From NCBI RefSeq assembly GCF_006345805.1, contig NC_043005.1, positions 105,090,001 to 105,154,000 of the forward strand: DNA of 64,000 bases, given 5' to 3'. The notes beneath the pieces were generated by a model. It did not search any database and was not told the DNA's origin. It worked only from the letters and a program-made list of their open reading frames with translations. How positions within the stretch are numbered: the stretch's first letter is position 1; each line of letters starts with the position of its first letter. The position numbers and the translations under genes were made by a program. This stretch comes from Octopus sinensis. Lineage: Eukaryota. This document shows positions 27,701-40,614 of the stretch, piece by piece.

Positions 27701-28145
27701 CATGGGAGATCAGCAATATGCAATTAATATAATTATAATTAAATTAACCTCTAATTTTTTTTACTATGTTTCTTACATGTTGGTGTTACCATTCAAAAAG
27801 GTCGTATGCATGGATTAAATTTTCTAAACTCTTAACATATTTTCTTCTCCATCTTTAATTGTTTGTTAGGACATGTGTTCTATAAATGCTCATAACATAC
27901 TTGTAGCATATTCATATTCGTAAAAATTCTTACGACAATAAGCTACCAATGTAATATGAAGAATCTTTATTAGAAATCAAACTTTGGAACCCCCACCCCC
28001 AAAGTAAAGGATGAAATAGAACTCAACCTCTTCACACATATATGTGTGTACAAATGTATATACATATATACATACATATGTATACATATATATTATACAT
28101 ATGTATAACCCAAACACACACACACAGACAAACACACATATACAT

Positions 28146-28188
<43 letters not shown>

Positions 28189-28189
28189 G

Positions 28190-28226
<37 letters not shown>

Positions 28227-28263
28227 ATATATATATTATATAATATACATATATCATAATATA

Positions 28264-28425
28264 GGCGCAGGAGTGGCTGTGTGGTAAGTAGCTTGCTTAC
28301 CAACCACACAGTTCCGGGTTCAGTCCCACTGCGTGGCACCTTAGGCCAAGTGTCTTCTACTATAGCCTCGGGCCGACCAAATCCTTGTGAGTGGATTTGG
28401 TAGACGGAAACTGAAGAAGCCCGTC

Positions 28426-28467
<42 letters not shown>

Positions 28468-28710
28468 CATATATATATGTGTGTGTGTGTGTGTGTTTGT
28501 GTGTCTGTGTTTGTCTCCCCAACATCGCTTGACGACCGATGCTGGTGTGTTTACGTCCCCGTTATTTACCGGTTCGGCAAAAGAGACCGATAGGATAAGT
28601 ACTAGGCTTACAAAGAATAAGTCCTGGGGACGATTTGCTCGACTAAAAGGCGGTGCTCCAGCATGGCCGCAGTCAAATGACTGAAACAAGTAAAAGAGAA
28701 TAAAAGAGAA
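28264..28710 (+). mobile_element. SINE family A, full length
   Basis: Near-consensus head, internal microsatellite and tail. Confidence 0.92.
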
Positions 28711-28778
28711 ATACACATAGTTATTTTTTCTCCCATAAAGTAAACTTCATATCAGGCATTCTGCTTCTTGGTAATACC

Positions 28779-29008
28779 TATTTCTTTATTACCCACAAGG
28801 GGCCAAACATAGAAGGGACAAACAAGGACAGACATAGGTATTAAGTCGATTACATCGACCCCAATGCGTAACTGGTACTTAATTTATCGACCCCGAAAGG
28901 ATGAAAGGTAAAGTCGACCTCGGCGGAATTTGAACTCACAACGTAGCGGCAGACGAAATACCGATAAGCATTTCGCCCGGCGTGCTAACGATTCTGCCAA
29001 GTCGCCGC
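28779..29008 (-). mobile_element. SINE family B monomer with TSD
   Basis: 15-bp TSD CTTCTTGGTAATACC at 28764-28778 and 29009-29023. Confidence 0.93.
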
Positions 29009-29486
29009 CTTCTTGGTAATACCATTAACCGTGTGTGTTCGCGTGTGTGTTATTTTTATTGCCAGTGTGTATGTCGATATGTTAATAAATATGTATTTCT
29101 AGTCTCATAGCATGTGTGTGTGTGTATCTGTGTGTGTGTATCTGTGTGTGTGTCTGTTCTGTTATCAAGCGCTACCTGCTACAGAGTACAACTTATAAAT
29201 AATTTGGCTCCTTTTTCTAATTAGAAGGCAGTTTATTCCATTTCCGCTAGACTTACCTCTAATTAGCTGCAAAGGCACTACACCCCACAACACCATGGCT
29301 ATACCACTCACAACTGCCCCAGCGCCGCCGCCACCAAAACCACCACCACCACCACCACCACCACCACCGCCGCCACCACATCGCCACCTTACCTCAACAT
29401 TACAGTGACCACCCTAACACAGTCCCTATGGCCCGACGTCCTCACACTATTTTGACCACGATTAGTAAGTATAATGACGCATTAGG

Positions 29487-29697
29487 CATCGAGCTGGCAC
29501 AATCGTTAGGACGCCGAACAAAGTGCTTAGCGCCATTTCGTCCGCCTTTGTGTTCTGAGTTCAAATCTCGTCGAAGTCGACTTTGCCTTTCATCCTCTCG
29601 GTGTCAATAAAATAAGTGCCAGTTAAGCACTGAGGTCAATGTAATCAACTTGGCTCCTCTCCTGAAATTACTAGCTCTGTGCCTAAATTTGAAGCCA
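29487..29697 (+). mobile_element. SINE family B, older variant
   Basis: Diverged head and central block with the alternative tail. Confidence 0.7.
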
Positions 29698-30198
29698 TTA
29701 TTGTAATGTCACAAACATACGTTACAACAATATGACAGCGCACGATACTCTCAGCACTACGTCAACGCACCTTCCCACAGCGTCAACACACCTTTCAACC
29801 ACGTCCTCCTTGTCAGTATCATATCGCCATACCAGCCATTCGATATTTCATGAATAGCTTTCTAGATACTTCGTTCAAAGTTCCTATTTTATTTTTCGCA
29901 CATTAACTTGTGTAGGTTGAATTATGCAAAATGTTAGAGAAAGTAACCTAGCTGTTTCTTGCAATATATACCAGCAACATTTTTTCAGGGGCTCTTGAAA
30001 TTTTATTGTGGATCCCCAATTTACTATTTTGGGATCTAGTTGGTTTGGCTGCCAGTATTTCAAAAATTAAAGGTTATCAGAATTTTTTTTTCATTTCGCA
30101 CAATAATATACTTTTACAAACTGAATTGCTGGAGTTATTTCTCCTTTTACAGAAAAATGTTCTCTGCTAACAGTTTTGCACGAAAGAAATATTTTCGT

Positions 30199-30235
<37 letters not shown>

Positions 30236-31107
30236 TGTATGTATGTATGTATGTATGTATGTATGTGTATATTCTTTCATTCTTTTATTCTTCTATTTGA
30301 ACTGCGGCCATACTGGAGCACCGCCTTCAAGGGGGATTTTTAGTCGAAGAAATCGACTCCAGAACTTATTCTACCGCTGTCTTAGGCGGAACTGCTAAGT
30401 TACGGGGACGTAAACACACCACCACCGGAGAGAGAGAGAGAGAAAAATGATAGACAGATTAATAGATAGGTAGACAGATATAGGAATAGATATATAAATC
30501 AATATACATATATACGCGCGCGCACGCACACACACATATAATTGGAAAAAAATTGAGTCAACGAGAAGGGGTACGGATGGACATTTATTTTTCAATCATT
30601 ACAATTGTTTCCACGTAACGTAGTTCTCCAGCAGTGCAGTTACTTGATTATACAACCGTTTCCCTGCAGTATGAGATGTAGTTGTGTTTCCTCAGGGGAT
30701 ATGTAAATATTGTCTCCGTAAGTCTGAAATTCTCAGCTACAAGAACATCTACTCTGTAGTGGCCTGACTTTAGCAGTAGTCACTGAGCTTTTCAGGGTGT
30801 GTTGTTGCTGAAGGGCCGTAGGCAAAAAGCTTTGAATGCGTAGATGTAGTGGGATAGTGATTCTGGTACTGTTAAAGCGGTTGCCGTTCTAAAGGGATTG
30901 GTATTTTATTTCTTTTTAGTGCTGATTTATTCTTCATGGTTGGTTACACATGCGATTTTCCTTAGCCTACCTTAAAGGTCAGCTAAGGAAAATCACTCGG
31001 ACACATACACGTATACACACGCGCACACACACACACATAGATACATAAATAACACACAACATATAATATATATACATATATACATACATATATACATACT
31101 TACATAC

Positions 31108-31162
<55 letters not shown>

Positions 31163-31192
31163 TTTTATTGTATCGCATTTATCTTTGTTATA

Positions 31193-31223
<31 letters not shown>

Positions 31224-31237
31224 GTATATATATATTT

Positions 31238-31638
31238 TCTCTTTCTCTTTTACTTGTTTCAGTCATTGACTGCAGCCATGCTGGAGCACCGCCTTTAGTC
31301 GAGCAAATCGACCCGGGATTATTCTTTGTAAGCCCAGTACTTATTTTATCGGTCTGTTTTGCCGAACCGCTAAGTGACGGGGACGTAAACACACCAGCAT
31401 CGGTTGTCAAGCAATGCTAGGGAGACAAACACAAACACATACGCAAACATACATATACATATGTATATATATATACGACAGGCTTCTTTCAGTTTCCGTC
31501 TACCAAATCCACTCACAAAGCATTGGTCGGCCCGGGGCTATAGCTGAAGACACTTGCCCAAGATGCCACGCAGTGGAACTGAACCCGGAACCATGTGGTT
31601 GGTTAGCAAGCTACTTACCACACAGTCACTCCTGCGCC
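31238..31638 (-). mobile_element. SINE family A (head-to-head with the next copy)
   Basis: Head ends at 31638, followed by TATATATA (31639-31646). Confidence 0.9.
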
Positions 31639-31646
31639 TATATATA

Positions 31647-31985
31647 GGCACAGGAGTGGCTGTGTGGTAAATAGCTTGCTTACCAACCACATGGTTCCGT
31701 CTTCAGTCCCCCTGTGTGGCACCATGAGCAGGTATCTACTACTTTAGCCTCCGACCGACCAAGGCCTTGTGAGTAGATTTGTTAGACGGAAACTGAAAGA
31801 ATTCATATGTGTGTATTTGTCTCCCACCATCGCTTGACAATCGATGCTGGTGTATTTGCCTATCCGTAACTTAACGGTTCGGCAAAAGACACCGATAGAG
31901 TAAGTACTAGGCTTACTGAGAATAAGTCATGGGGTCGATTTGTTCGATTAATGGCGGTGCTCCAGCATGCCCGCACAACTAAAAG
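31647..31985 (+). mobile_element. SINE family A, diverged
   Basis: GGCACAGGAGTGGCTGTGTGG head through to the GCGGTGCTCCAGCATG tail. Confidence 0.88.
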
Positions 31986-32005
31986 AAAAAATATATATAT
32001 GCATA

Positions 32006-32165
32006 GGCGCAGGAGTGGCTGTGTGGTAAGTAGCTTAGTTACCAATTACATGGTTCCGGGTTCAGTCCCACTGCGTAGCACCTTAAGCAAGTGTCTTCTA
32101 CTATAGCCTCGGGCCGACCAAAGCCTTATGAGCGGTAGACGGAAACTGAAAGAAGTCCGTCGTAG

Positions 32166-32215
<50 letters not shown>

Positions 32216-32250
32216 ATCTATCTATCTATCTATCTATCTATCTCTCTCTC

Positions 32251-32281
<31 letters not shown>

Positions 32282-32510
32282 ATATGTGTGTACGTATATG
32301 TTTGTGTGTCTGTGTTTGTCCCCCCACTATCGCTAGATAACCGATGTTGGTGTGTTTACGTCCAGTAACTTAGTGGCTTGGCAAAAGAGAGTGGTAGAAT
32401 AAGCACTGAGTTTACAAAGAGTAAGTCCTGGGGTCGATTTCTTCGACTAAAGGTGCTGCTCCAGCATGGCCGCATTCAAATGACTGAAACAAATGAAAGG
32501 ATGAAAGAAT
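32006..32510 (+). mobile_element. SINE family A with expanded internal (TATC)n/(TA)n/(TG)n
   Basis: Head, body and tail blocks intact around an enlarged microsatellite. Confidence 0.88.
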
Positions 32511-32739
32511 ACTATGTTGCGTGGAAACAATTGTAGTGATTAAGAAATAAATGTTTAACCGTACCCCGTGTTTTTTCAATTATAGATTCACACACGACAG
32601 ATGCTCGAACACAATCGTGGAAATACGTGTAATACTTATTATTGGATAACACAGGGTAAATCTGAAGGTGGACGAGCTTTGTACTTTACTCCACAACGTT
32701 CTCAACAGAATATACTATATATTATTATATATATATGTG

Positions 32740-32785
<46 letters not shown>

Positions 32786-32794
32786 TCATGTAAC

Positions 32795-33070
32795 ATTGTC
32801 TGTTTTCCGTTCTTGTTTTCGTATACATTCGATGCTTTTTTCCAAGGAATCTAATGCTTTTAGCTTAGTTTTTCCTTGGGGCTGACCAGATTGGAGCAAT
32901 CTCAAGATTAATCAGCCAAAATTGCGAGGATGATCCAGTTCTTGACTGAGGATAAAAGGCTTCGAATGACCCGTCCTTGTTTTTTTGTATCGTCTATCTG
33001 GATGTTTTCTTGTCCCTTTTTGTATCATCTAGTTGTCCGGATGTTTTGCGTTCTTGTCCCATTTTGTATC
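32795..33070. repeat. Dispersed repeat family E, set in (TA)n; partial second copy at 44222-44320
   Basis: GACTGAGGATA..GAATGACCCGTCCTTGTTTT..GTATCGTCT..CTGGATGTTTT is shared by both sites. Class unknown. Confidence 0.6.
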
Positions 33071-33809
33071 ATATATATATATATGCATACATAAACATAT
33101 ACATACATAAAATGCATACATATTTTTTTATACATAATGCATATATAAAGACATGTATACACAAGGTCTTACACACAAGACTGAAAAATTATACAAAATT
33201 TATTATCTTTCTTCCCTATTATGAATATTTAAACCAAACCACCCTATTTTTTTTATATTTTCTCTTCTCATCACAGCGTCCCTCCATCGCCTTGATGCTT
33301 GCTAAAATTTTACTTCCTGTTTTTCCTTCCCCTCCCCTTCGACTCATCTTTTCCCTCTTTCCTTTTCTTTATCATTTTCTAGTCTTTAATTTATTTATTT
33401 GATTTGATTTTTGATATTTTATTGTTTATTTTACAGTGATTTGGCGTTCGCTTCTCCTTTACCCATCTTTTCCTCCTATTCTATCCTGCTTCATCCCTTT
33501 TTCTCTTTTTTTCAACAACAGCAGCAGTAGCAGCAACAGTAGTCCTCCTCTCCTACCTCCACGCACACAACACACACACACACAACCACACATACTCGCT
33601 CGTACACACACACTCACACACACACACACTGTCGCTTCCGGTCTGAGGCCTTTAACGCCCTTCCTGACACTATGTCCGACTTAGTGACGCCAAAGCCCCG
33701 GCTTAACTTTAATCACCAAAACCAATGTAAAACAAAAGTCTGCAACACCCATCCTAAATCTGTTTAGCTATCTGTTTGTCTGTCTGAATGTCTGACTGTC
33801 ATTCTCTCT

Positions 33810-33859
<50 letters not shown>

Positions 33860-34088
33860 TTCTATATCTCTCTTTATCTCTCTCTCAGTCTCTCTCTCCG
33901 TTTTCCTCTACTCTGAAGTTCTTACAATTTCTCTTTGATTGTTGATCTTTTCTCATTCAAATTCCAATGAATCATACACACATACATACAACCATGCATG
34001 CACTTATACGTACATACGAGTACACATTTTTATACATATGCATAAATACATTGCTACACACATACATACATACATACATACATATACA

Positions 34089-34119
<31 letters not shown>

Positions 34120-34410
34120 TTAATACATACAGTCGTTTATATATATTTGTGTGTGGTGTATGTGTGTGTGTACAAGTGTATGTGTATGCGTGTGCGTATG
34201 TGAATGTGTGTATGTGTGTCTATATGTATCATTGTGTCACCGTTTGATAACCGGTGTTTGTATCTGAATTTGTCAATATATATATATGTCTGTGTATACG
34301 CTTTTTTACTCTTTTACTCGTTTACTTGTTTCAGTCATTTGACTGTGGCCATGCTGGAGCACCGCCTTTAGTATATGTGATCAAGAGGCAAGCTGTCATA
34401 TATATCAATA

Positions 34411-34591
34411 TTTCACCGTATATTGACTATAGAAAATAGTCAAATATTAGGCCATAGAAAGCCCTCACGGAAAAAAAAGTGGGCATTAGCGCGCGTGAGA
34501 TGACCATTCCCGCACTTAGCAATACTCACTTTTTCACAGGGGCTTGGATGCCTTTAGATTAGATCTCCTCCGTAGTCAATATGCGGTGAAA
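34411..34591. mobile_element. MITE-like element with 19-bp TIRs and internal imperfect palindrome
   Basis: TTTCACCGTATATTGACTA (34411-34429) versus TAGTCAATATGCGGTGAAA (34573-34591), one mismatch. No clear TSD. Confidence 0.55.
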
Positions 34592-35699
34592 GCTTATAAT
34601 TACATTTACAAGAGTTTCACTTGTTATCGTTTCTTAACCTAAGCAGAGTATCAATATTCAGGCCCCCACACGCGAACACAGATATAAAAACGGACGGTTA
34701 TGAACATAATCATTGCTCAGCCGCTTAGTTGTACCGCTAAATCCTTTAAGATATGTCTGCGGAAGTAGAACAGATCGGGATCCATACATGTGCCATAATT
34801 AACACAGCATTCACAACAACAACCACAATAACTAGATTTAACCATTCATATCTTTTACTTACTTTAGTCATTAAAATGCAGCCATGCTGGGACGAGATGG
34901 ACCCTAATATTTTTTGGGTTTCTTTTTTAAAAGTCAGTTACTTATTCTATCGGTTTTCTTTTGCCGAATTGCTTTGTTAAGGGGACGTAAACAAAATAAT
35001 ATCGGTTGTCAAGCGATGAATAGAAGAATTCAGAAAGGCAACAGAAATCCTGTGTTATGTCTTCATCATGATGTTTCGGCTTCATGGACGAAGGTTCATG
35101 AGTCATGAAGTGGGTTGTCCTTGTTTGCCCCAAGCTCGCTCGTCGCTGGAAAGGCCAATAAGGCGCAAGTAGTCCTAGCCGTTAAATTTCTAGGGAAAAT
35201 CAGTCCTAGGCTCAATGCCAGTATTTCACGGTTCCTCTTTAATGTGTGTCTTCGAAGCCAGTTTCAAGAAAGTGGGATCTTGAAGGAAGGTGGGAGACCG
35301 TTGAATATTGTGCCAGATATAGCTAGCAAGTAAAACATGGGTGCAATTGTCGGCATGGATTATAATTCTATGAAAATCTTATGATAGTGATGTTACTAAA
35401 GGCCACATAAGTCCTTAGTAGGAAGTCTGAATAAATCGTGGTAGCCAATGGAATTGTGGTGAAGAATTTAACTCTAATATAAAAGTATAGTCGTGTGATG
35501 TTAAAATGAAGCACATTATAGTTTCATAATGGCTGTTGCAACGTTTAGGCATCAAAAGAACTTTCGTAAACCCACAATCACAGTTTAGTGCGCGTGATTA
35601 AGGAAACCCATAAATATTCTCCTCCCATTCACTTTTTATTAGAACTGGTAACAACAGCGAGAAACAGCTTAATTCGGTATGAAAATGGCGACGGTCAGG

Positions 35700-35930
35700 G
35701 AACTGGTTTCATGAAAATTATATTAAAACAAGTAAGAATATAGAGAGAATCTTAGTTCAGTAGGAAAATAGCGAACGTGCATTACAGTTGCATGTAGTTA
35801 GGTGGTCTGAGATTGAAGGAAATCATCGATACATGAATAGAATAATCTTGAATAAAGTAAAGCAGTTGAGCCGGTGTGTGTGGAAGTTAAACAGCAGCCT
35901 AGTGGCTGATAATTATAACAGTTACATGTA
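35700..35930 (+). pseudogene. Possible highly decayed L1/Tx1 APE endonuclease remnant
   Basis: IERILVQ and CVWKLNSSLV resemble the LDRxxV and WKLNxSLL motifs ending L1-type APE domains. Many stops. Confidence 0.35.
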
Positions 35931-36368
35931 TACTGGAACAAGAGAACTGGACAGATATTCCCAGTGATTGTTACATCAATCGACTTACTGACTGATGTTT
36001 ATTGTTGAGGTGTTTACTAACCTATTATCCAGGTTATATTTACAACTCTCTAGTTCATTAGTCCGATATCTCAATGGAAAGAATACATTGGCATCTGCAG
36101 ATCTCTTCTCCATTGCATTGGTAACCAGGTTAGAATCATATTCACTCACACACACATACACACACACACGCACACACACACACACACACACATACATACA
36201 TAATACATATACGTTATAATATTATATTATAAATTATATTATATTATATTATATTATATTATATTATTATATTATATTATATAACACACATGTACACACA
36301 CTTGTCAATACTCTTATACTTCACTCATTATGCCGTGTATTCGTGTATTCAGTATGTAGCTCAAACAA

Positions 36369-36986
36369 GGTGGCGAGCTGGCAGAAACGTTAGCACGCCG
36401 GGCGAAATACTTAGCGGTATTTCGTCTGCCTTTGCGTTCCGTGTTCAAATTCCGCCGAGGTCGACTTTGCCTTTCATCCTTTCGGGGGTCGATTAAATAA
36501 GTACCAGTTACGCACTGGGATCGATATAATCGACTTAATCCGTTTGTCTGTACTTGTTTGTCCTTCCTGTGTTTAGCCCCTTGTGGATAGTAAAGAAATA
36601 GGTATTTCGTCTGCTGCTACGTTCTGAGTTCAAATTCCGCTGAGGTCGACTTTGCCTTTCATCCTTTCGGGGTCGATTAAATAAGTACCAGTTACGCACT
36701 GGGGTCGATATAATCGACTTAATCAGTTTGTCTGTCCTTGTTTGTCCCCTCTATGTTTAACCCCCTGTGGGCAGTAAAGAAATAAGAAACGTTAGCACGT
36801 CGGACAAAATGCATAGCGGTATTTCGTCTGTCTTTATGTTCTGAGTTCAAATTCCACCGAGGTTGACTTTGCCTTTCATCCTTTCGGGGTCGATTAAATA
36901 AGTACCAGTTACGCATTGGGGTCGATATAATCGACTGACTCCCTCCCCCAAAATTTCGGATCTTGTACCTAGAGTAGAGAAGACTA
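36369..36986 (+). mobile_element. Trimeric SINE family B array
   Basis: Monomers at 36369-36600, 36601-36785 (headless) and 36786-36986 (partial head, alternative tail). Confidence 0.88.
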
Positions 36987-37505
36987 TATAGCTCAAACGA
37001 ATAATACCTATCTGGGTACTGACATCTAAGATCTCAGTTGACCAGTAGTAGATTCAGTAGACGGTATCAGATCAGGTTAAATTGACATCACTAGATTTAA
37101 AAAGAAGCCTCCAAGTCATTGTCCTCCATTTCTAATTTTCTGACATATCACAAGGTAAGTGAGAATATTAATAGTAAAGAAACTTACGTAATTAAAAACG
37201 TCTGAAAAATGCCCGAGGCCCCTAATATTTAGTTGAGTAGCATTAAAGCTCATGAAACGTGGTGCAACATTCTCCATATTACATAACATGCTACAATGTC
37301 ATAAAAATATAAAGGAAAATAATAAAATAATGGAAAATTTGGGCCCTAAAACTGTGATAAAAAGCATTTGTAATTATTTCGTTTCGAAATAGAATTGATA
37401 TATTTTTTTCTTTTTATCTTCCTGTCTTTTTCTTCTTTTTTACTGTATTTTTTCTTGTATTTGATTTTATTAAGTTATTCATGTTTATTTCTTCCTAACC
37501 TTCAT

Positions 37506-37537
<32 letters not shown>

Positions 37538-37716
37538 GCTTTCTTTCTTTCTACTTCTTTCTTTACTTCCTTTCTTGTATCTTTTCTTTCTTCTTTCTCC
37601 ATTACTTTCAGTTTAGAATTTTGCTTTTTTGCATTACATTCTTTTTTTTATTTCATTTTGTAGTCTTTCAATTTTAATATCTTTTCTTGATTCTCCCGCT
37701 TTCCTTCCCTTATAAC

Positions 37717-37766
<50 letters not shown>

Positions 37767-38090
37767 GTCACATACATGTCCTATATACTATATACTTTTA
37801 GACATACATATATACATGTATACCTATAATATATATATCATATAACAGAATATGATATTATATACATTTGTAAGTATATATGTGTGTGCATGTATATATA
37901 TTTATATGTACGTACGGCATTAATGACAAAAAGTCGTGCAGCCTTTAGGCCAGCTCTTAGATAATAAACATTTTTTATGAGTCTATGTCTAAGCTTATAT
38001 ATGAATATGTACGTTTAAGAGCTTCCGTACATACATGCACACTCGCATATATCCTATACATGGACACATACATTATATATAATATGTATG

Positions 38091-38122
<32 letters not shown>

Positions 38123-39065
38123 CATGTATGCATGTATGTATGTTTGTATGTATGTATGTATGTATGTATATGCGTGTGTGCGTGAATATATCTATGCGCG
38201 CACACACTATCTCTGCTCCATTACTCCTGTCACTCTTACTTATCTCTCTTTCCTCCTCCTCCTCCCCTCTCTCTCTCTCAGTTATGTGAAGACTCTCAAA
38301 AAGAACCGGTAAACCACTGGTCAACCATCTCTTTCATCACCAAGGTAAAAGAATTAGTTGGTTTGTAGTCAAGGTAAGAATGAAAAAGATAAGTATATTC
38401 CCTTACTCCAGCAAATTGCAGGAGCACGGCATAAATAGCACCGCCCTTATTTTACAGTACAGCTTCTAAATGTTTAATGATTTAAGCAGTTTTGACATCA
38501 AAGGGCTGACTTACTCTAGTTACAATGCATATGAGGACGAGTTTATTAGATCAGTGATTGAATCCCTCTGGAGGTCTTAATATTTGTTGCATCTGAATTA
38601 AAAGGAGCAGTGCCCCTTCTTCCAGGCCTTCTGAAACTGACCTGCTCGAAGCCGTTAATCTTCTCTTTAGATTGAAGTAAATCAACAAGTGCATGTAGAG
38701 CACAAGCAGGGAGGAACATCTAGGGAGCTGGTTGTCTGTAAATAGACAGACTGAGTATAGAAGTTAGTGTGGGACATGTGGTTGATGAGCTGTTAGATAC
38801 AAAGGTACCGAAAAGTAAATAGACGGGTGGGACTGAATGAAGGACGTACAAGATTAACAAACCCCGCGTGACAGACGGATTACAGAAGACAGATAAAGGC
38901 ACAGAAAGCCTGGGAAATTTCGACGAATCTGCCTTAACTTACGCCATGCTTTCTAAACTGAAGGACAAACAGAATAGCATTTATGGTATTCAGGATGGTG
39001 ATGGTCAGAGAACAACTTGATCAGCTATACATTTGATCAAGTAACACAGCAACAACTATAATAAT

Positions 39066-39487
39066 GGTTTGAAATTTTTGGTACAAAACCAGCAATTTCG
39101 GGGTAGGCAGAAAGTCGATTACATCGACTCCAGTGTCAAACTGGTACTTATTTTATCGACTCCAAAAGAATGAAAGGCAAAGTCAATCTCGGTGGAATTT
39201 GAACTCAGAACGTAAAGGCAGACGAGATGGCGATCGCTGTGCTAACGATTCTGCCATCTCGCTGCCTCACAAACTACTATAATAATATTTTCTACTCTAG
39301 GCACAAGGCTTGAAATTTTGGAGGAGGGGACCAGTCGATTAGATTGACCCCAGTGCGTAACTGGTACTTAATTCATCGACCCTGAAAGGATGAAAGGCAA
39401 AGTCGAACTCGGCGGAATTTGAACTCAGAACGAAAAGACAGACGAAATAGGCTAAGCTTTTCGTCCGGTGTGCCAGCTCGCCGCCTT
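39066..39487 (-). mobile_element. Two adjacent older SINE family B copies (about 39066-39270 and 39290-39487)
   Basis: Reverse-complement central block and alternative tails. Confidence 0.8.
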
Positions 39488-39793
39488 AAGCTACTATAAT
39501 AATGAAATAGTGAAACTGTTACATTCTAACGCATTGTATTATTTCTCCCAAATTCAGCTGCTCCCTTTTGCACTGTTTATAAAGCCGGAGCGTTATCCCC
39601 TAATGTAACAAAGATATCAGCATGAATGGCCTCGGGAGCTAAACCCTTTTTCTACAGTTCTTGATAACACCATGATGCTAAACTTTGTCTAATATCAGGA
39701 GAAGTCTCTACTAGTTGCATTCGAAGTCTTCTTTGAACTGTTAGTTTAACCGGAACGAAACAATGTAGTTATAAATAAGTTTTGAAATTAATG

Positions 39794-40015
39794 CTTATTT
39801 CTTTACTACCCTCAAGGGGCTAAACACAGAGAGGACAAACAAGGACAGACAAAGTTATTAAGTCGATTACATCGACTCCCGTGCGTAACTGATATTTAAT
39901 TTATTGACCCCGAAAGGATGAAAGGCAAAGTTACCTCGGCAGAATTTGAACTCAGAACATAACGGCAAACGAAATACGGCTACGCATTTCGCCCGGCGTG
40001 CTAACGTTTCTGCCA
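39794..40015 (-). mobile_element. SINE family B
   Basis: Standard tail, central block and partial head. Confidence 0.85.
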
Positions 40016-40106
40016 TGCATGCTAGATTTCATTGCTCTAGCATCACTCCTTCATAGTCAGCTTATGAACATTTCATCCCACCTTGTACGAATATTTGTAC
40101 GAATAT

Positions 40107-40142
<36 letters not shown>

Positions 40143-40566
40143 GGCCACGGCACCTGTTATTGCTTAACTCTGGCCGATTAAGCAGAACTGAATTTCTGGG
40201 AAAATTTCATTGAAGACAAATTTATTTATTTTTCATCTATTTTCATTTTGTGGAAGAATCTGGTCGTTCATTTTATCTGGTGAAGCGACGACGACAGCAT
40301 AGATGGCCCTCTTGCAAACCGCTGCTAGATAACTTCCGCCAACTCAGCGTGAGTAAGTCCCTGACACGAATTAACCATTTAATACAACATGGTCAGATAT
40401 TAGAAGGACTCTCAACAAAGACATTTATTTTCATTGATGGGGAAGCGCCGTCTGTATCACCTTGGGAACAATCATCGCTTCCGGTCGTGACTCGTGACTG
40501 AATGCAAGTGATTCTTGGCGTCGGACAACAGTGGACACCGTATAATGTGTGTGTGTGTGTGTGTGT

Positions 40567-40614
<48 letters not shown>

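Larger units (their letters stand above)
25527..27980 (-). mobile_element. 5'-truncated Penelope-like element: GIY-YIG remnant, microsatellite-rich 3' region and HHR
   Basis: Endonuclease remnant 27274-27700 followed on the same strand by a long T-rich tract containing (TTA)n and an HHR at 25668-25725. That all parts form one insertion is inference. Confidence 0.65.

Noticed and set aside
30650-30700. Minus-strand CTGAGGA..GAAACGGTT
   Set aside because: Neither stem I nor stem II can form.
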